A stretch of DNA of 61,227 nucleotides, taken from contig JBGSIU010000036.1 in the NCBI GenBank assembly GCA_041742375.1, positions 1-61,227 of the forward strand. Direction: 5' to 3'. Shown in pieces: positions 1 to 8,567 of the stretch. The notes below the pieces were generated by a model. The model had not been told where the DNA came from. It worked only from the letters and a program-made list of their open reading frames with translations, and made no database searches. This DNA comes from Patescibacteria group bacterium. Its GTDB lineage: Bacteria; Patescibacteriota; Microgenomatia; JBGSIU01. A program made the position numbers and the translations under genes. Within the stretch, counting starts at the first letter, position 1, and each line of letters opens with the position of its first letter.

Positions 1-93
1 ATGAACCTTAAGATCTGTTTTTGTATGCGCTCCCAATCGATATAATCTCATTTCCGTATCTTACCATATCAAACAAGAACGATAAAAATCTTA

Positions 94-134
94 CTTCGCC
101 TGAAGGCGAGGGGTTTTAACCATCCCCGCCAGAG
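94..134. repeat. degenerate GC-rich double hairpin downstream of secF
   Basis: cttcgcc-tgaa-ggcgag is followed by gggg-ttttaaccat-cccc and gccagag. The ending resembles the reverse orientation of the GTCATCCCCGC...GGGGATCCAGAG family. Confidence 0.5.
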
Positions 135-165
135 ATACTAATAAATAAAAATTAATTGGATAGCA

Positions 166-1041
166 TTAGTTAGTATTTTTTTTCCTTTCCATTTTTTCCC
201 AAAAATATAAAATCGGGGTTGCCACGAATGGCGAAGAATAAGTACCAGTTATTGTTCCAACAAGAAGGGCAAAGACAAACCATTTGACTGTTTCGCCGCC
301 AAGCAAAAATAATGCCAAAAGCATAAAAATAATCGTTAACGAATTATTAAGCGAGCGAACCATGGTTTGGGACATAGCAGAATTAATTGTATCATCAAGC
401 GAAAGCCCAGCATGAAGCCTTTTAGTTTCCCGGATGCGATCAAAAACCACAATTGTGTCATGAACTGAAGAAGACATTGTGGTGAGCAGTGCCGTCACAA
501 ACAATGAATCAACCTCAATTCCCAGAAGCTTTCCCAAAATTGCAAATACCCCAGTCAAAACCAACAAATCATGAAAAAGCGCGAGGACTGCGGACGCACC
601 ATATTTAAAATTTTTAAAAGCATATGCGACATATGCCAAAATTCCTAGAATTCCCAATCCTCCTCCAATTAAAGCTTTTCGTAAAAGTTCCGCGCCGATT
701 AGAGGCCCAACCGTTTCGAATCTCACTTCTTTAACACCTGAAAATTTTTTACTAATCCCCCCTAATATTTTTTGTTTCCCTTTTTCATCAATCGGCGCGG
801 TTTTTAAAATATATGTTTGATTACTAGTACTTTGCAAGGAAGAATAGGACGTTTTACCGGAAATTAAATATTTTTCAAGATTTATTTTTGTATATTTTTT
901 ATTAATCTGGAATTCGATTAAAGACCCGCCGGTAAAATCAACAGAAAGACGGAGCCCGAAACGCAACAGAAAAAACATGCCCGGAATTATAACAAGCGAT
1001 GAAATAAAAGCGTAGACAAATAAATATTTTGTAAATTTCAT
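166..1041 (-). CDS. secF: protein-export membrane protein SecF
   Basis: 291 aa polytopic protein with the SecF-type motif SVDFTGGSLIEF and a C-terminal SecDF transmembrane core. It lies directly downstream of secD on the same strand. Confidence 0.9.
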   Translation of the reverse strand: MKFTKYLFVYAFISSLVIIPGMFFLLRFGLRLSVDFTGGSLIEFQINKKYTKINLEKYLISGKTSYSSLQSTSNQTYILKTAPIDEKGKQKILGGISKKFSGVKEVRFETVGPLIGAELLRKALIGGGLGILGILAYVAYAFKNFKYGASAVLALFHDLLVLTGVFAILGKLLGIEVDSLFVTALLTTMSSSVHDTIVVFDRIRETKRLHAGLSLDDTINSAMSQTMVRSLNNSLTIIFMLLALFLLGGETVKWFVFALLVGTITGTYSSPFVATPILYFWEKMERKKNTN

Positions 1042-1046
1042 AATAA

Positions 1047-2396
1047 TTATTTTTTATAGAACATTCTGATAAATGTTCTTGTGACGACAAGTCCTGTAAA
1101 AAGCGATATTAGAACGCCAAGCGCCAGAGTTAAAGCAAATCCGCGGATCATGCCGGAAATGTTGAGAAATGACCAATTTAATGGATTAAATAAAATAAAG
1201 CATACCAAAAGCGTTGTGAAATTGGCGTCGCGAATTGAATCCCATGCTCGTCCAAAAGCCATTTCCATTGCGGAAACAGGATTTTGCCGTTTTTTTAATT
1301 CTTCTTTATATCTCTCAAAAATTAGAATGTTTGAATCAACCGCCATCCCGACCGAAAGAATAAAGCCCGCAATGCCAGGCAAAGTTAACGTGATGGGAAT
1401 TAATTTATAAATGGCAAGTGAAAGTACACCGTAAACTAAAAGTGATAAATCTGCCAAAAAGCCAAGACGGCCGTAAATCACAATCATAAAAATCGTTACG
1501 CAGCTTAAGCCGATAAGTCCACCGCGAACACTTTTATTAATAGAATCAACGCCAAGGGTTGGAGAAATCGTGTTTTGAGAAACCAGTTTAATTGGGACTG
1601 GAAGCGCCCCGGCGTTAAGTTGAGTGCTTAAACGTTTCGCATCGTCAAGCGTGAAATTTCCAGAAATAACTGCATTGCCGCCAAGAATTGCTTGATTGAT
1701 GCGGGGAGCGGACACGATTTGATCGTCTAAAAAAATCGCTAAAGATTTGCCAACATTATTTTTGGTGATATTTGCAAAAAACTGAGTGCCTTCTTTGTCA
1801 AACTCCAAAGATACTTGGGGAGATCCCGTGTTTTGATCGAAAACAACACTTGCCTTTTTTAAATTTTTTCCGGTGAGCTTGGTTAAAATTTTATAAGGAC
1901 CAAATTGAGGATCATTAGTTGCGGCTGACGGGCTTGCTTCTTCCAGACGAAAATTTAAAACTGCCGTTTTTCCAATCAAAGAAATTGCATCCTCCGTATT
2001 GGTTATGCCTGAAAGTTCCACAATCACTCTGAATTTGTCCTGAAGGCGTGAAGTCTGAATGTTAGGCTCGGCGACGCCAAATAAATTCACGCGCCTCTCA
2101 ATGTTGTCGCGCGTGGCATTGAGTGCGTCTTGGCGAGCGTTTTGCGCAATGCCTTTCATATCGGCTTCAAAAACAAGTTGTGAGCCGCCAGCCAAATCAA
2201 GACCTTTTTTAATTTCCAAATCACGTTTAAAATTTTGTCCTAAGAAAGTGAAATTAACATCTGGCGAAGAAAATGTTTGATAAACTTTTATTTTTCCAAT
2301 ATTAAATTTAATGCGCACATTTTTTGGGAAAGCAACAACGACAGCGAAGAATGTTAAAATGAGAATTAAATTAAAAACCCGTTGCGTTTTACTCAT
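1047..2396 (-). CDS. secD: protein-export membrane protein SecD
   Basis: 449 aa with an N-terminal TM segment, a periplasmic domain carrying GLDLAGGSQLVFEAD, and a C-terminal TM bundle containing GMAVDSNILIFERYKEE. Confidence 0.9.
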   Translation of the reverse strand: MSKTQRVFNLILILTFFAVVVAFPKNVRIKFNIGKIKVYQTFSSPDVNFTFLGQNFKRDLEIKKGLDLAGGSQLVFEADMKGIAQNARQDALNATRDNIERRVNLFGVAEPNIQTSRLQDKFRVIVELSGITNTEDAISLIGKTAVLNFRLEEASPSAATNDPQFGPYKILTKLTGKNLKKASVVFDQNTGSPQVSLEFDKEGTQFFANITKNNVGKSLAIFLDDQIVSAPRINQAILGGNAVISGNFTLDDAKRLSTQLNAGALPVPIKLVSQNTISPTLGVDSINKSVRGGLIGLSCVTIFMIVIYGRLGFLADLSLLVYGVLSLAIYKLIPITLTLPGIAGFILSVGMAVDSNILIFERYKEELKKRQNPVSAMEMAFGRAWDSIRDANFTTLLVCFILFNPLNWSFLNISGMIRGFALTLALGVLISLFTGLVVTRTFIRMFYKK

Positions 2397-2411
2397 GGAG
2401 CAAATTATAAC

Positions 2412-3104
2412 ATGAATTTATTAATAGCCACAAAAAACCCGGGCAAATTTAAAGAAATTAGCGCGTTTTTGCAAATGCCCGGCTTAAAATTATTATCGCT
2501 TTCCGACTTTCCAAAAGTAAAAGAGCCGGAAGAAACGGGCGCAACGTTTAAAGAAAATGCACGAATAAAAGCCGCGTATTATGCGAAAAAATTTAAAATT
2601 ATATCTCTTGCCGATGACGGAGGATTGGAAATAGAAATTTTTAATGGAGAACCGGGAGTGAAATCGCGGCGCTGGATTGACGGTGTGCATGAGGCGAGTG
2701 ATAAAGAGTTGATAGATTATTGTTTAGAGAAAATGAAGGGCGCTGGTAATAGAAAAGCAAAATTGACTGCGTGTTTATGTTTGTATATTTGTGGGGGCGG
2801 CCTTCCGCCCGCTTCGACGCGAGGCGAGCCGCCCATGGGCGCGGGAACCGCGCCCCTACAGTTATATGCCCAAGAATCAATTTCCGGCATCATTGCTGAA
2901 ACCCCTTCTGAAAATCGTTTCACCGGTTTTCCCTTTCGCAGCCTATTATGGATTCCAGAGATAAAAAAATTCTATAATGAAGATGAGCTGACATGGGAGG
3001 AGACAGTGAAGTATAATCATAGATACAAAGCGATCCAAGAAATCAAATATCAAATATCAAATATCAAATATCAAATATCAAAAATCAAAAATACAGGATG
3101 TTGA
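2412..3104 (+). CDS. rdgB: non-canonical purine NTP pyrophosphatase (RdgB/HAM1 family) carrying an in-frame GC-rich insertion and a repeat-encoded C-terminal tail
   Basis: MNLLIATKNPGKFKEI, EETGATFKENARIKA and ADDGGLEIEIFNGEPGVKSRRW are HAM1 signatures. The start is set at ATG 2412, although the ORF-track start is 2382. The last ~20 codons are translated from an (ATATCAA)n tract. Confidence 0.85.
   Translation: MNLLIATKNPGKFKEISAFLQMPGLKLLSLSDFPKVKEPEETGATFKENARIKAAYYAKKFKIISLADDGGLEIEIFNGEPGVKSRRWIDGVHEASDKELIDYCLEKMKGAGNRKAKLTACLCLYICGGGLPPASTRGEPPMGAGTAPLQLYAQESISGIIAETPSENRFTGFPFRSLLWIPEIKKFYNEDELTWEETVKYNHRYKAIQEIKYQISNIKYQISKIKNTGC
2790..2860. repeat. GC-rich palindromic element (GTGGGGGCGG...CGCCCCTACA family) inserted in-frame in rdgB
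   Basis: Two internal hairpins (gggcgg-cctt-ccgccc and ggcgcgg-gaa-ccgcgcc) with inverted ends tgtggggg/cccctaca. A GC-rich island inside an AT-rich gene. Confidence 0.8.
3041..3095. repeat. (ATATCAA)n heptamer tract, left arm of an AT-rich hairpin and translated as the rdgB C-terminal tail
   Basis: aatcaaatatcaaatatcaaatatcaaatatcaaaaatcaaaaata. A complementary ttgcattttgattta lies at 3211..3225, just before the serS start. Confidence 0.7.
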
Positions 3105-3111
3105 TTTTCCT

Positions 3112-3192
3112 GTCATCCCCGCGAAAGCGGGGATCCAGAGTCCTTATTAATTTTAGGAAGAACACTGGATCCCGGGTCAAGCCCGGGATGAC
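3112..3192. repeat. pair of inverted GTCATCC-hairpin elements
   Basis: gtcatccccgcgaaagcggggatccagag (3112..3140) and, in inverted orientation, ctggatcccgggtcaagcccgggatgac (3165..3192). Confidence 0.85.
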
Positions 3193-3231
3193 AAAAAGAG
3201 AAATCCCTTTTTGCATTTTGATTTAATTTAG

Positions 3232-4449
3232 GTGTTGAGTATTGATTTTATAAAACAAAATTTAGATTATGTAAAAGAATGTACTAAAAATAAGAGGAGA
3301 GAGGTTGATTTTGATAAACTTCTTGCACTTGATGAAGAAAAAAGAAAATTGCTCCATGAAATTGAGGAGTTACGTGCGCAGCGAAACCGTATTTCCGGAA
3401 AAGGAAAAGATCAAACCGAACAAGAAAAACAGCGCAACCGCGAAATTAAAGATAAGCTTAAAGAACTTGAGTCTCTTCTACAGACTACTGACTACAAGCT
3501 ACAAACTTTACTTTTGTCCGTCCCCAATGTCTACATTGAAGGTACGCCAATTGGCAAAGACGAAAAATCAAATGTCGAGATTCGCAAATGGGGAGAAGTG
3601 TCGCACTTTGATTTTCCAGTGAAAGATCATTTAGTGCTTGCCAAACTTAATGATTTAGTCGATTTTGAGCGAGGGAGCAAGGTTTCGGGGTTTCGCGGTT
3701 ATTTTTTGAAAAATGAAGCGGCGGCAATGCAATTTAAAATTTTGTCTTTTGCATTTAACCTTTTAATTAAAAAAGGCTACACGCCGCTTATTGCGCCAGC
3801 GCTCACAAAAGAATTTGCCTTTTTTGGCAACGGCCAATTTCCGTGGGGACGCGAGGAAGTTTATAATTTAGAAAAAGATAAACAATATTTGGCAGGAACC
3901 GCAGAAACACCGGTGACCGCATATTTTTCCGACGAAGTTTTGGAAGAAAAAGATTTACCAAAAAAGTTTGTGGCATTTTCTCCATGTTTCCGCCGCGAAG
4001 CCGGAAGTTATGGAAAAGACACGAAGGGTTTATACCGCGTCCATGAGTTTTGGAAAATTGAACAAGTAGTTTTCTGTAAAGCGGATTTAAACGAAGGATT
4101 GTCGATGTTTGATGAAATATTAAATAATTCAGAGGAAATTTTGCAGGCGTTGAAAGTTCCGTATCGCGTGATGCATCTTGCCACAGGCGAAATGGGCGAG
4201 CCGCAATTTAAAAAATATGACATTGAATCTTGGATGCCGAGCCGCGGAAGTTATGGCGAAACAATGTCTTGTTCGTTGATGACGGATTTTCAAGCCCGCA
4301 GGCTTAATATTCGCTACAAAACAAAAGACGGAAAAATAAAGCATGTGTTCACGTTGAACAACACGGCCGTGGCTTCGCCCCGCATTTTAATACCAGTAAT
4401 GGAGATTAATCAAACGAAAGAAGGGAAGATCGAATGGCCGGTTTTATAA
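3232..4449 (+). CDS. serS: seryl-tRNA synthetase
   Basis: N-terminal coiled-coil arm (LLALDEEKRKLLHEIEELRAQRN) followed by a class II core (FSPCFRREAGSYGKDTKGLYRVHEF, LNNTAVASPR). GTG start. Confidence 0.93.
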   Translation: MLSIDFIKQNLDYVKECTKNKRREVDFDKLLALDEEKRKLLHEIEELRAQRNRISGKGKDQTEQEKQRNREIKDKLKELESLLQTTDYKLQTLLLSVPNVYIEGTPIGKDEKSNVEIRKWGEVSHFDFPVKDHLVLAKLNDLVDFERGSKVSGFRGYFLKNEAAAMQFKILSFAFNLLIKKGYTPLIAPALTKEFAFFGNGQFPWGREEVYNLEKDKQYLAGTAETPVTAYFSDEVLEEKDLPKKFVAFSPCFRREAGSYGKDTKGLYRVHEFWKIEQVVFCKADLNEGLSMFDEILNNSEEILQALKVPYRVMHLATGEMGEPQFKKYDIESWMPSRGSYGETMSCSLMTDFQARRLNIRYKTKDGKIKHVFTLNNTAVASPRILIPVMEINQTKEGKIEWPVL

Positions 4450-4672
4450 AATCAAAACTCAAAAATCAAAGTTCAAAAATACAGATTAAAAATCAAAAAT
4501 ATATCTTGCGTGTCATTCCCGCCTCCGAGCGGGAATCCAGAGTTCTTAGAGCTCTTGTGGATTTTTTCATTTTTAATCTTTTATTTGTATTTTTAATTTT
4601 TGATGCTTCGACTTTGCTCAGCATCAATATTGAGCTTGTCGAATGTATTGATATTTGATTTTTGATTTTGTT
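4450..4672. repeat. composite nested hairpin region between serS and the methyltransferase gene
   Basis: Outer arms are (AAATCAA)-like at 4450..4500 and (TTGATTT)-like at 4647..4672. Inside are the GC hairpin gtcattcccgcctccgagcgggaatccagag (4512..4542) and a second hairpin, cgactttgctca...tgagcttgtcg (~4610..4642). Confidence 0.75.
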
Positions 4673-5348
4673 ACTGTTTTTTCAAAATTTTCTTCAATAT
4701 CTTTTTCCCCAACTAATCGAAACCCAAAATAGTAAATTTAGCGGGAATATTTCCGTTTACAAATTTCGCAATAAATATATTTTAAAAGCCGGCCAAGTTC
4801 ACCAAAGCGGCGGATGGGCAGACGCGCTATTTAAGCGCGTAATTTTCAAATTTCAAATTTCAAATTTCAAATTAAAACAAATTTTAATTTTGGGTCTGGC
4901 TGGCGGTACACTTGTAGAGCTTTTTACAAAAATAAATCCTAATGTAAAGATTACTGGCGTTGACATTGACCCCGTGATGGTTAACTTAGGCAATAAATAT
5001 TTTCACGTTTTAAAACGTGAAAACTTAAAGGTAATTATTGATGATGCATATTTGTTTGTGAAGAAAACAGAGAATAAGTTTGACTTGGTGTTTGTTGACA
5101 CGTTTCAAGGGGACTCAATGCCGAAAAAATTCACGGAAAAAGAACTTTTAAAAAACGTAATCCGCATGACTGATGATAAGGGATATATAATAATAAACCG
5201 TTTATATTTGCCAAAATTTAAAAAAGAGACAGACGAATATTATCAAAATCTTGACAGTTGGCAGAAAGAGATGAATTTTAAAATTAAAGATTATTATCAA
5301 AACATCGGCAATAAGGTGATTTTGCTCGCAAAACAAGGTAAAATATAA
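4662..5348 (+). CDS. spermidine-synthase-like SAM-dependent methyltransferase
   Basis: ILILGLAGGTLVE...VDIDPVMV...DLVFVDTF matches a Rossmann methyltransferase of spermidine-synthase type. The only canonical starts are TTG codons inside the upstream repeat arm. The gene contains an in-frame (TCAAATT)4 tract. Confidence 0.6.
   Translation: MILLLFFQNFLQYLFPQLIETQNSKFSGNISVYKFRNKYILKAGQVHQSGGWADALFKRVIFKFQISNFKLKQILILGLAGGTLVELFTKINPNVKITGVDIDPVMVNLGNKYFHVLKRENLKVIIDDAYLFVKKTENKFDLVFVDTFQGDSMPKKFTEKELLKNVIRMTDDKGYIIINRLYLPKFKKETDEYYQNLDSWQKEMNFKIKDYYQNIGNKVILLAKQGKI
4843..4873. repeat. (TCAAATT)4 tandem heptamer inside the methyltransferase CDS
   Basis: ttttcaaatttcaaatttcaaatttcaaatt, translated as FKFQISNFKL. 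This is the reverse complement of the AAATTTGA motif that flanks ftsE. Confidence 0.85.
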
Positions 5349-5366
5349 GAAGTTTATTTTATCTTT

Positions 5367-5393
5367 GTAGAGACGCGCGACCTCTCGTGTCTC
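5367..5393. repeat. GC-rich hairpin GTAGAGACGCG...CGTGTCTC
   Basis: The stems gagacgcg and cgtgtctc pair at 7 of 8 positions around the loop cgacctct. Located downstream of the methyltransferase stop. Confidence 0.6.
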
Positions 5394-5428
5394 ATCGTGA
5401 AGGTTAATAACGTAAAAACTGAGTTAGG

Positions 5429-5458
5429 ATACTTTAATGATTTAAATCATTAAAGTAT
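5429..5458. repeat. perfect 30-bp palindrome; candidate operator or terminator stem
   Basis: atactttaatgattt|aaatcattaaagtat, checked base by base with 15/15 pairs. It ends 17 nt upstream of the cupin TTG start. Confidence 0.9.
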
Positions 5459-5474
5459 ATGACTTCATTTTCTG

Positions 5475-5831
5475 TTGAAAAATAAATATTTTGTCGGGAA
5501 ATATAATAATCCGCAAGAATGTGGAGGATGGATTATTGGATCATTTTATGATCAAGGTGATCCTCGAAAAAATGATCAAATTGAAATTTTGTATAAGGAA
5601 CATAAAAAAGGTGATAAGACAAAACCCCACTTTCATAAAGAAAAAGTTGAGGTAGTGATTTTATTATCTGGGAAGGTGAAATACGTCGTTAATGATAAGG
5701 AAATCATTTTGAGTGGAGGAGAATTTATTTTTATTGATGTTGGCAATATAATTGCAATGGATGTTCTAGATGATTCGAAACTTTTTGCAATTCATAGTCC
5801 CAGTTTACCAAAAGATAAATTTATTCCATGA
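5475..5831 (+). CDS. cupin-domain protein
   Basis: 118 aa with HFHKEKVEVVILLSGKV...GEFIFID, a two-motif cupin pattern. TTG start. Confidence 0.55.
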   Translation: MKNKYFVGKYNNPQECGGWIIGSFYDQGDPRKNDQIEILYKEHKKGDKTKPHFHKEKVEVVILLSGKVKYVVNDKEIILSGGEFIFIDVGNIIAMDVLDDSKLFAIHSPSLPKDKFIP

Positions 5832-5877
5832 TTTTTAAATATTAATTTAGCAATATTATTATAATAATAAATAGAAA

Positions 5878-5924
5878 CTCTGGATTCCCGCTTTTCCTCA
5901 AGAGGACTATAGCGCGGGAATGAC
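5878..5924. repeat. GTCATTCC-family hairpin element, reverse orientation, immediately upstream of secA
   Basis: ctctggattcccgc-ttttcctcaagaggactatag-cgcgggaatgac. The terminal ggaATGac creates the ORF-track ATG at 5920. Confidence 0.8.
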
Positions 5925-5934
5925 AGCGAGGAAG

Positions 5935-8544
5935 ATGTTCAATATTTTTTCCAAAATATTTGATTCTAATTCGAGACAGTTGAAAAAAATTCAGCCGCGG
6001 GTGGCGGAGATAAACTCGTGGGAAGGAAAAGTTAAGAAATATACAGATAAACAACTGCAGAACAAGAAGCAAGAATTCCAAGCGAGAATAAAAACAAAAG
6101 GCGCGACACTGGATAGCCTACTCCCTGAAGTTTATGCTTGTGTGCGGGAAGCCGCGCGGCGCGTTTTAAATCAGCGCCATTTTGATGTCCAACTTTTGGC
6201 AGGAATTGTGCTTCATGAGGGGAAAATTGCTGAGCAAAAAACCGGTGAAGGAAAAACTCTAACTGCCACTTTACCGTTATACCTCAACGCTTTAAGCGGG
6301 CGCGGCGTGCATCTTGTGACAGTTAACGATTATTTGGCCCGGCGGGACTGCGGTTGGATGGGTCCGATATATCACGCAGTTGGCGCGACATGTGCCGCCA
6401 TCATTAATGATGCGCAGTTTATTTTTGACCCAGAATTTGATGACGAGTCACAAACCGACGAAAGATTAAAACATTTGCGTCCCATCACAAGAAAAGAAGC
6501 GTATCAAGCCGATATCACGTATGGCATTAATTCTGAATTTGGTTTTGATTATTTGCGTGACAACATGGCAACGTCAATTGAAGAACTGGTCCAGCGTGGT
6601 TTTTATTTCGCGATTGTTGATGAAGTTGATTCGGTTTTAATCGATGAAGCGCGTACTCCTCATGTGATCTCTGTTCCCGATGAAGAAGCACCCAGAAAAT
6701 ATGCTCAGTATGCCACAATTGTTCGCAAACTTAGCCGTGGGCTTGATTTTATAGTAGACGAAAAATTGCGCACAATTTCTTTGACTGACCATGGAGTTTT
6801 GAAAATTGAAAAACTTTTAGGAATTGAAAATATTTATGAAAAAGATTTCGCCGCGGTTCACCACATTGAAGCGGCACTGAAGGCTGAATATTTGTTTCGG
6901 CGCGAAAAAGATTACATTGTGCGGGGAGGCGAAGTGATGATTGTTGACGAGTTCACCGGCCGGATTTTGGAAGGCCGCCGGTTTTCCGAAGGAATTCATC
7001 AGGCAATTGAAGCTAAGGAAGGCGTGGCCGTGCAACAGGAAAGTAAAACCTTGGCGACAATTTCCCTCCAAAATTATTTTCGCATGTATGAAAAATTGGC
7101 TGGTATGACGGGAACCGCCCAAACTGAAGCTGAAGAATTTCACAAAATTTATAATTTAGAAACCAATGTTATTCCAACTCATCGTCAAATGATAAGACGC
7201 GATTTGCCGGACATGGTTTATAAAACAACTAAAGCGAAATACACCGCCGTAGCCCGCCAAGTTGAAGAATGCTTCGCAAAAGGCCAGCCGGTTTTAATCG
7301 GCACAACTTCAATTGAACACAATGAAGATGTGAGCAGTTTGCTGAAACGCAAAAAAATTCCCCATGAAGTACTAAATGCAAAAAATCATTTAAAAGAAGC
7401 GGCGATCATTGCTAAAGCTGGACAATTTAAAGCCGTCACAGTCGCCACCAACATGGCTGGTCGCGGTGTTGACATTGTTTTGGATGATAAGACAAAAGCC
7501 GCCGGCGGACTTTTTGTTATCGGCACAGAGCGCCATGAATCTCGCCGCATTGACAATCAGCTTCGAGGAAGGTCAGGCCGGCAAGGCGATGCTGGGACTT
7601 CCCGTTTCTTTGTTTCGCTTGAAGATGAGATGCTGCGGGTTTTTGGCGGCGACCAAGTGGCAAATTTAATGACCGTTTTTAAAATGCCGGAGGAAATCCC
7701 TCTTTCTCACCCGATGGTTAACCGTGCCATTGAGCAATCACAAGTCAAAGTTGAGGGTTTTCATTTTGACTCCCGTAAACATTTGGTTGAATATGATGAC
7801 GTAATGAACAAGCAAAGGACAATTATTTATAAACTCCGGCGCAAGTTTTTGGGAGTTAATGAGAATAGTGAAGAAATAAAAGATCAATCATTAAATAAAT
7901 ATGTTATGGACAAAATTTCTGCAGAAATTGAGAATATAGTCACCGCCTATTCTCAAGGCGGGTTTACAGAAGGTGAGAAAAAACAAATTATTGATGAATT
8001 TGCGACAATTATTCCCTTTGACGAAAATTCGAAGCACGAAATGCAAAGAGGCATTAAAGAAAAATATGCAAGAGAAGAACTAATTGAGTTTTTAAATAAC
8101 ATTGCCCGCCAGACTTATGATTTTCGGGAAAAACAACTTGGAGGAGAATTGATGCGCGATATTGAAAAATGGGTTTGCCTTCAGGTGATTGATAATTTGT
8201 GGACAGACCATTTGGAAGAAATTGATGATTTGAGGGAAGGCATTGGTCTTCGCGGTTACGCCCAGCGGGATCCGCTCGTTGAATACAAATCCGAGGCTTT
8301 TAACATGTTTGAAAAATTAATGGGAAACATTGAAAGCGAAATTGCCCACCGCATTTTTAAAGTCCAAGTGACGCAAAATCCGCAGGTGGTGAGGCCGCAA
8401 AGAATTCAAACAAATGCTGGACAAATCACAGGTGAAACGTCTAAGTCCGCTCCAGCGCAAAATTCAAAACATAAACTCGGCCGCAACGATCCCTGCTGGT
8501 GCGGAAGTGGCCGCAAATATAAGAAATGTCACTATCCAAATTAA
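5935..8544 (+). CDS. secA: preprotein translocase ATPase SecA
   Basis: MFNIFSKIFDSN N-terminus, a Walker A-like TGEGKT, a DEAD-like IVDEVDSVLIDEARTP, and the C-terminal zinc motif CWCGSGRKYKKCH. The ORF-track ATG at 5920 lies inside a repeat, so ATG 5935 is preferred. Confidence 0.95.
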   Translation: MFNIFSKIFDSNSRQLKKIQPRVAEINSWEGKVKKYTDKQLQNKKQEFQARIKTKGATLDSLLPEVYACVREAARRVLNQRHFDVQLLAGIVLHEGKIAEQKTGEGKTLTATLPLYLNALSGRGVHLVTVNDYLARRDCGWMGPIYHAVGATCAAIINDAQFIFDPEFDDESQTDERLKHLRPITRKEAYQADITYGINSEFGFDYLRDNMATSIEELVQRGFYFAIVDEVDSVLIDEARTPHVISVPDEEAPRKYAQYATIVRKLSRGLDFIVDEKLRTISLTDHGVLKIEKLLGIENIYEKDFAAVHHIEAALKAEYLFRREKDYIVRGGEVMIVDEFTGRILEGRRFSEGIHQAIEAKEGVAVQQESKTLATISLQNYFRMYEKLAGMTGTAQTEAEEFHKIYNLETNVIPTHRQMIRRDLPDMVYKTTKAKYTAVARQVEECFAKGQPVLIGTTSIEHNEDVSSLLKRKKIPHEVLNAKNHLKEAAIIAKAGQFKAVTVATNMAGRGVDIVLDDKTKAAGGLFVIGTERHESRRIDNQLRGRSGRQGDAGTSRFFVSLEDEMLRVFGGDQVANLMTVFKMPEEIPLSHPMVNRAIEQSQVKVEGFHFDSRKHLVEYDDVMNKQRTIIYKLRRKFLGVNENSEEIKDQSLNKYVMDKISAEIENIVTAYSQGGFTEGEKKQIIDEFATIIPFDENSKHEMQRGIKEKYAREELIEFLNNIARQTYDFREKQLGGELMRDIEKWVCLQVIDNLWTDHLEEIDDLREGIGLRGYAQRDPLVEYKSEAFNMFEKLMGNIESEIAHRIFKVQVTQNPQVVRPQRIQTNAGQITGETSKSAPAQNSKHKLGRNDPCWCGSGRKYKKCHYPN

Positions 8545-8567
8545 TCTTAAACCCGAATACAAAACAA

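Noticed and set aside
1-51. Possible 5' end of a minus-strand gene: ATG at 51..49, translating MRLYRLGAHTKTDLKVH..., running off the window.
   Set aside because: Only 17 codons are visible, with no recognisable motif and a weak ribosome-binding context. That is not enough to call a feature.
2790-2860. The GC-rich in-frame segments in rdgB and the GT2 gene could be mini-inteins or horizontally acquired protein domains.
   Set aside because: At 24-33 residues they are far too short for an intein, and they lack intein blocks. Their nucleotide palindromy and inverted termini point to a DNA or RNA-level element.
5920-5934. ORF-track start of secA at ATG 5920 (MTARKMFNIF...).
   Set aside because: The ATG lies in the terminal ggaATGac of a repeat element, and the canonical SecA N-terminus MFNIFSKIF begins at ATG 5935. 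The upstream ATG is probably incidental, although its use cannot be excluded.
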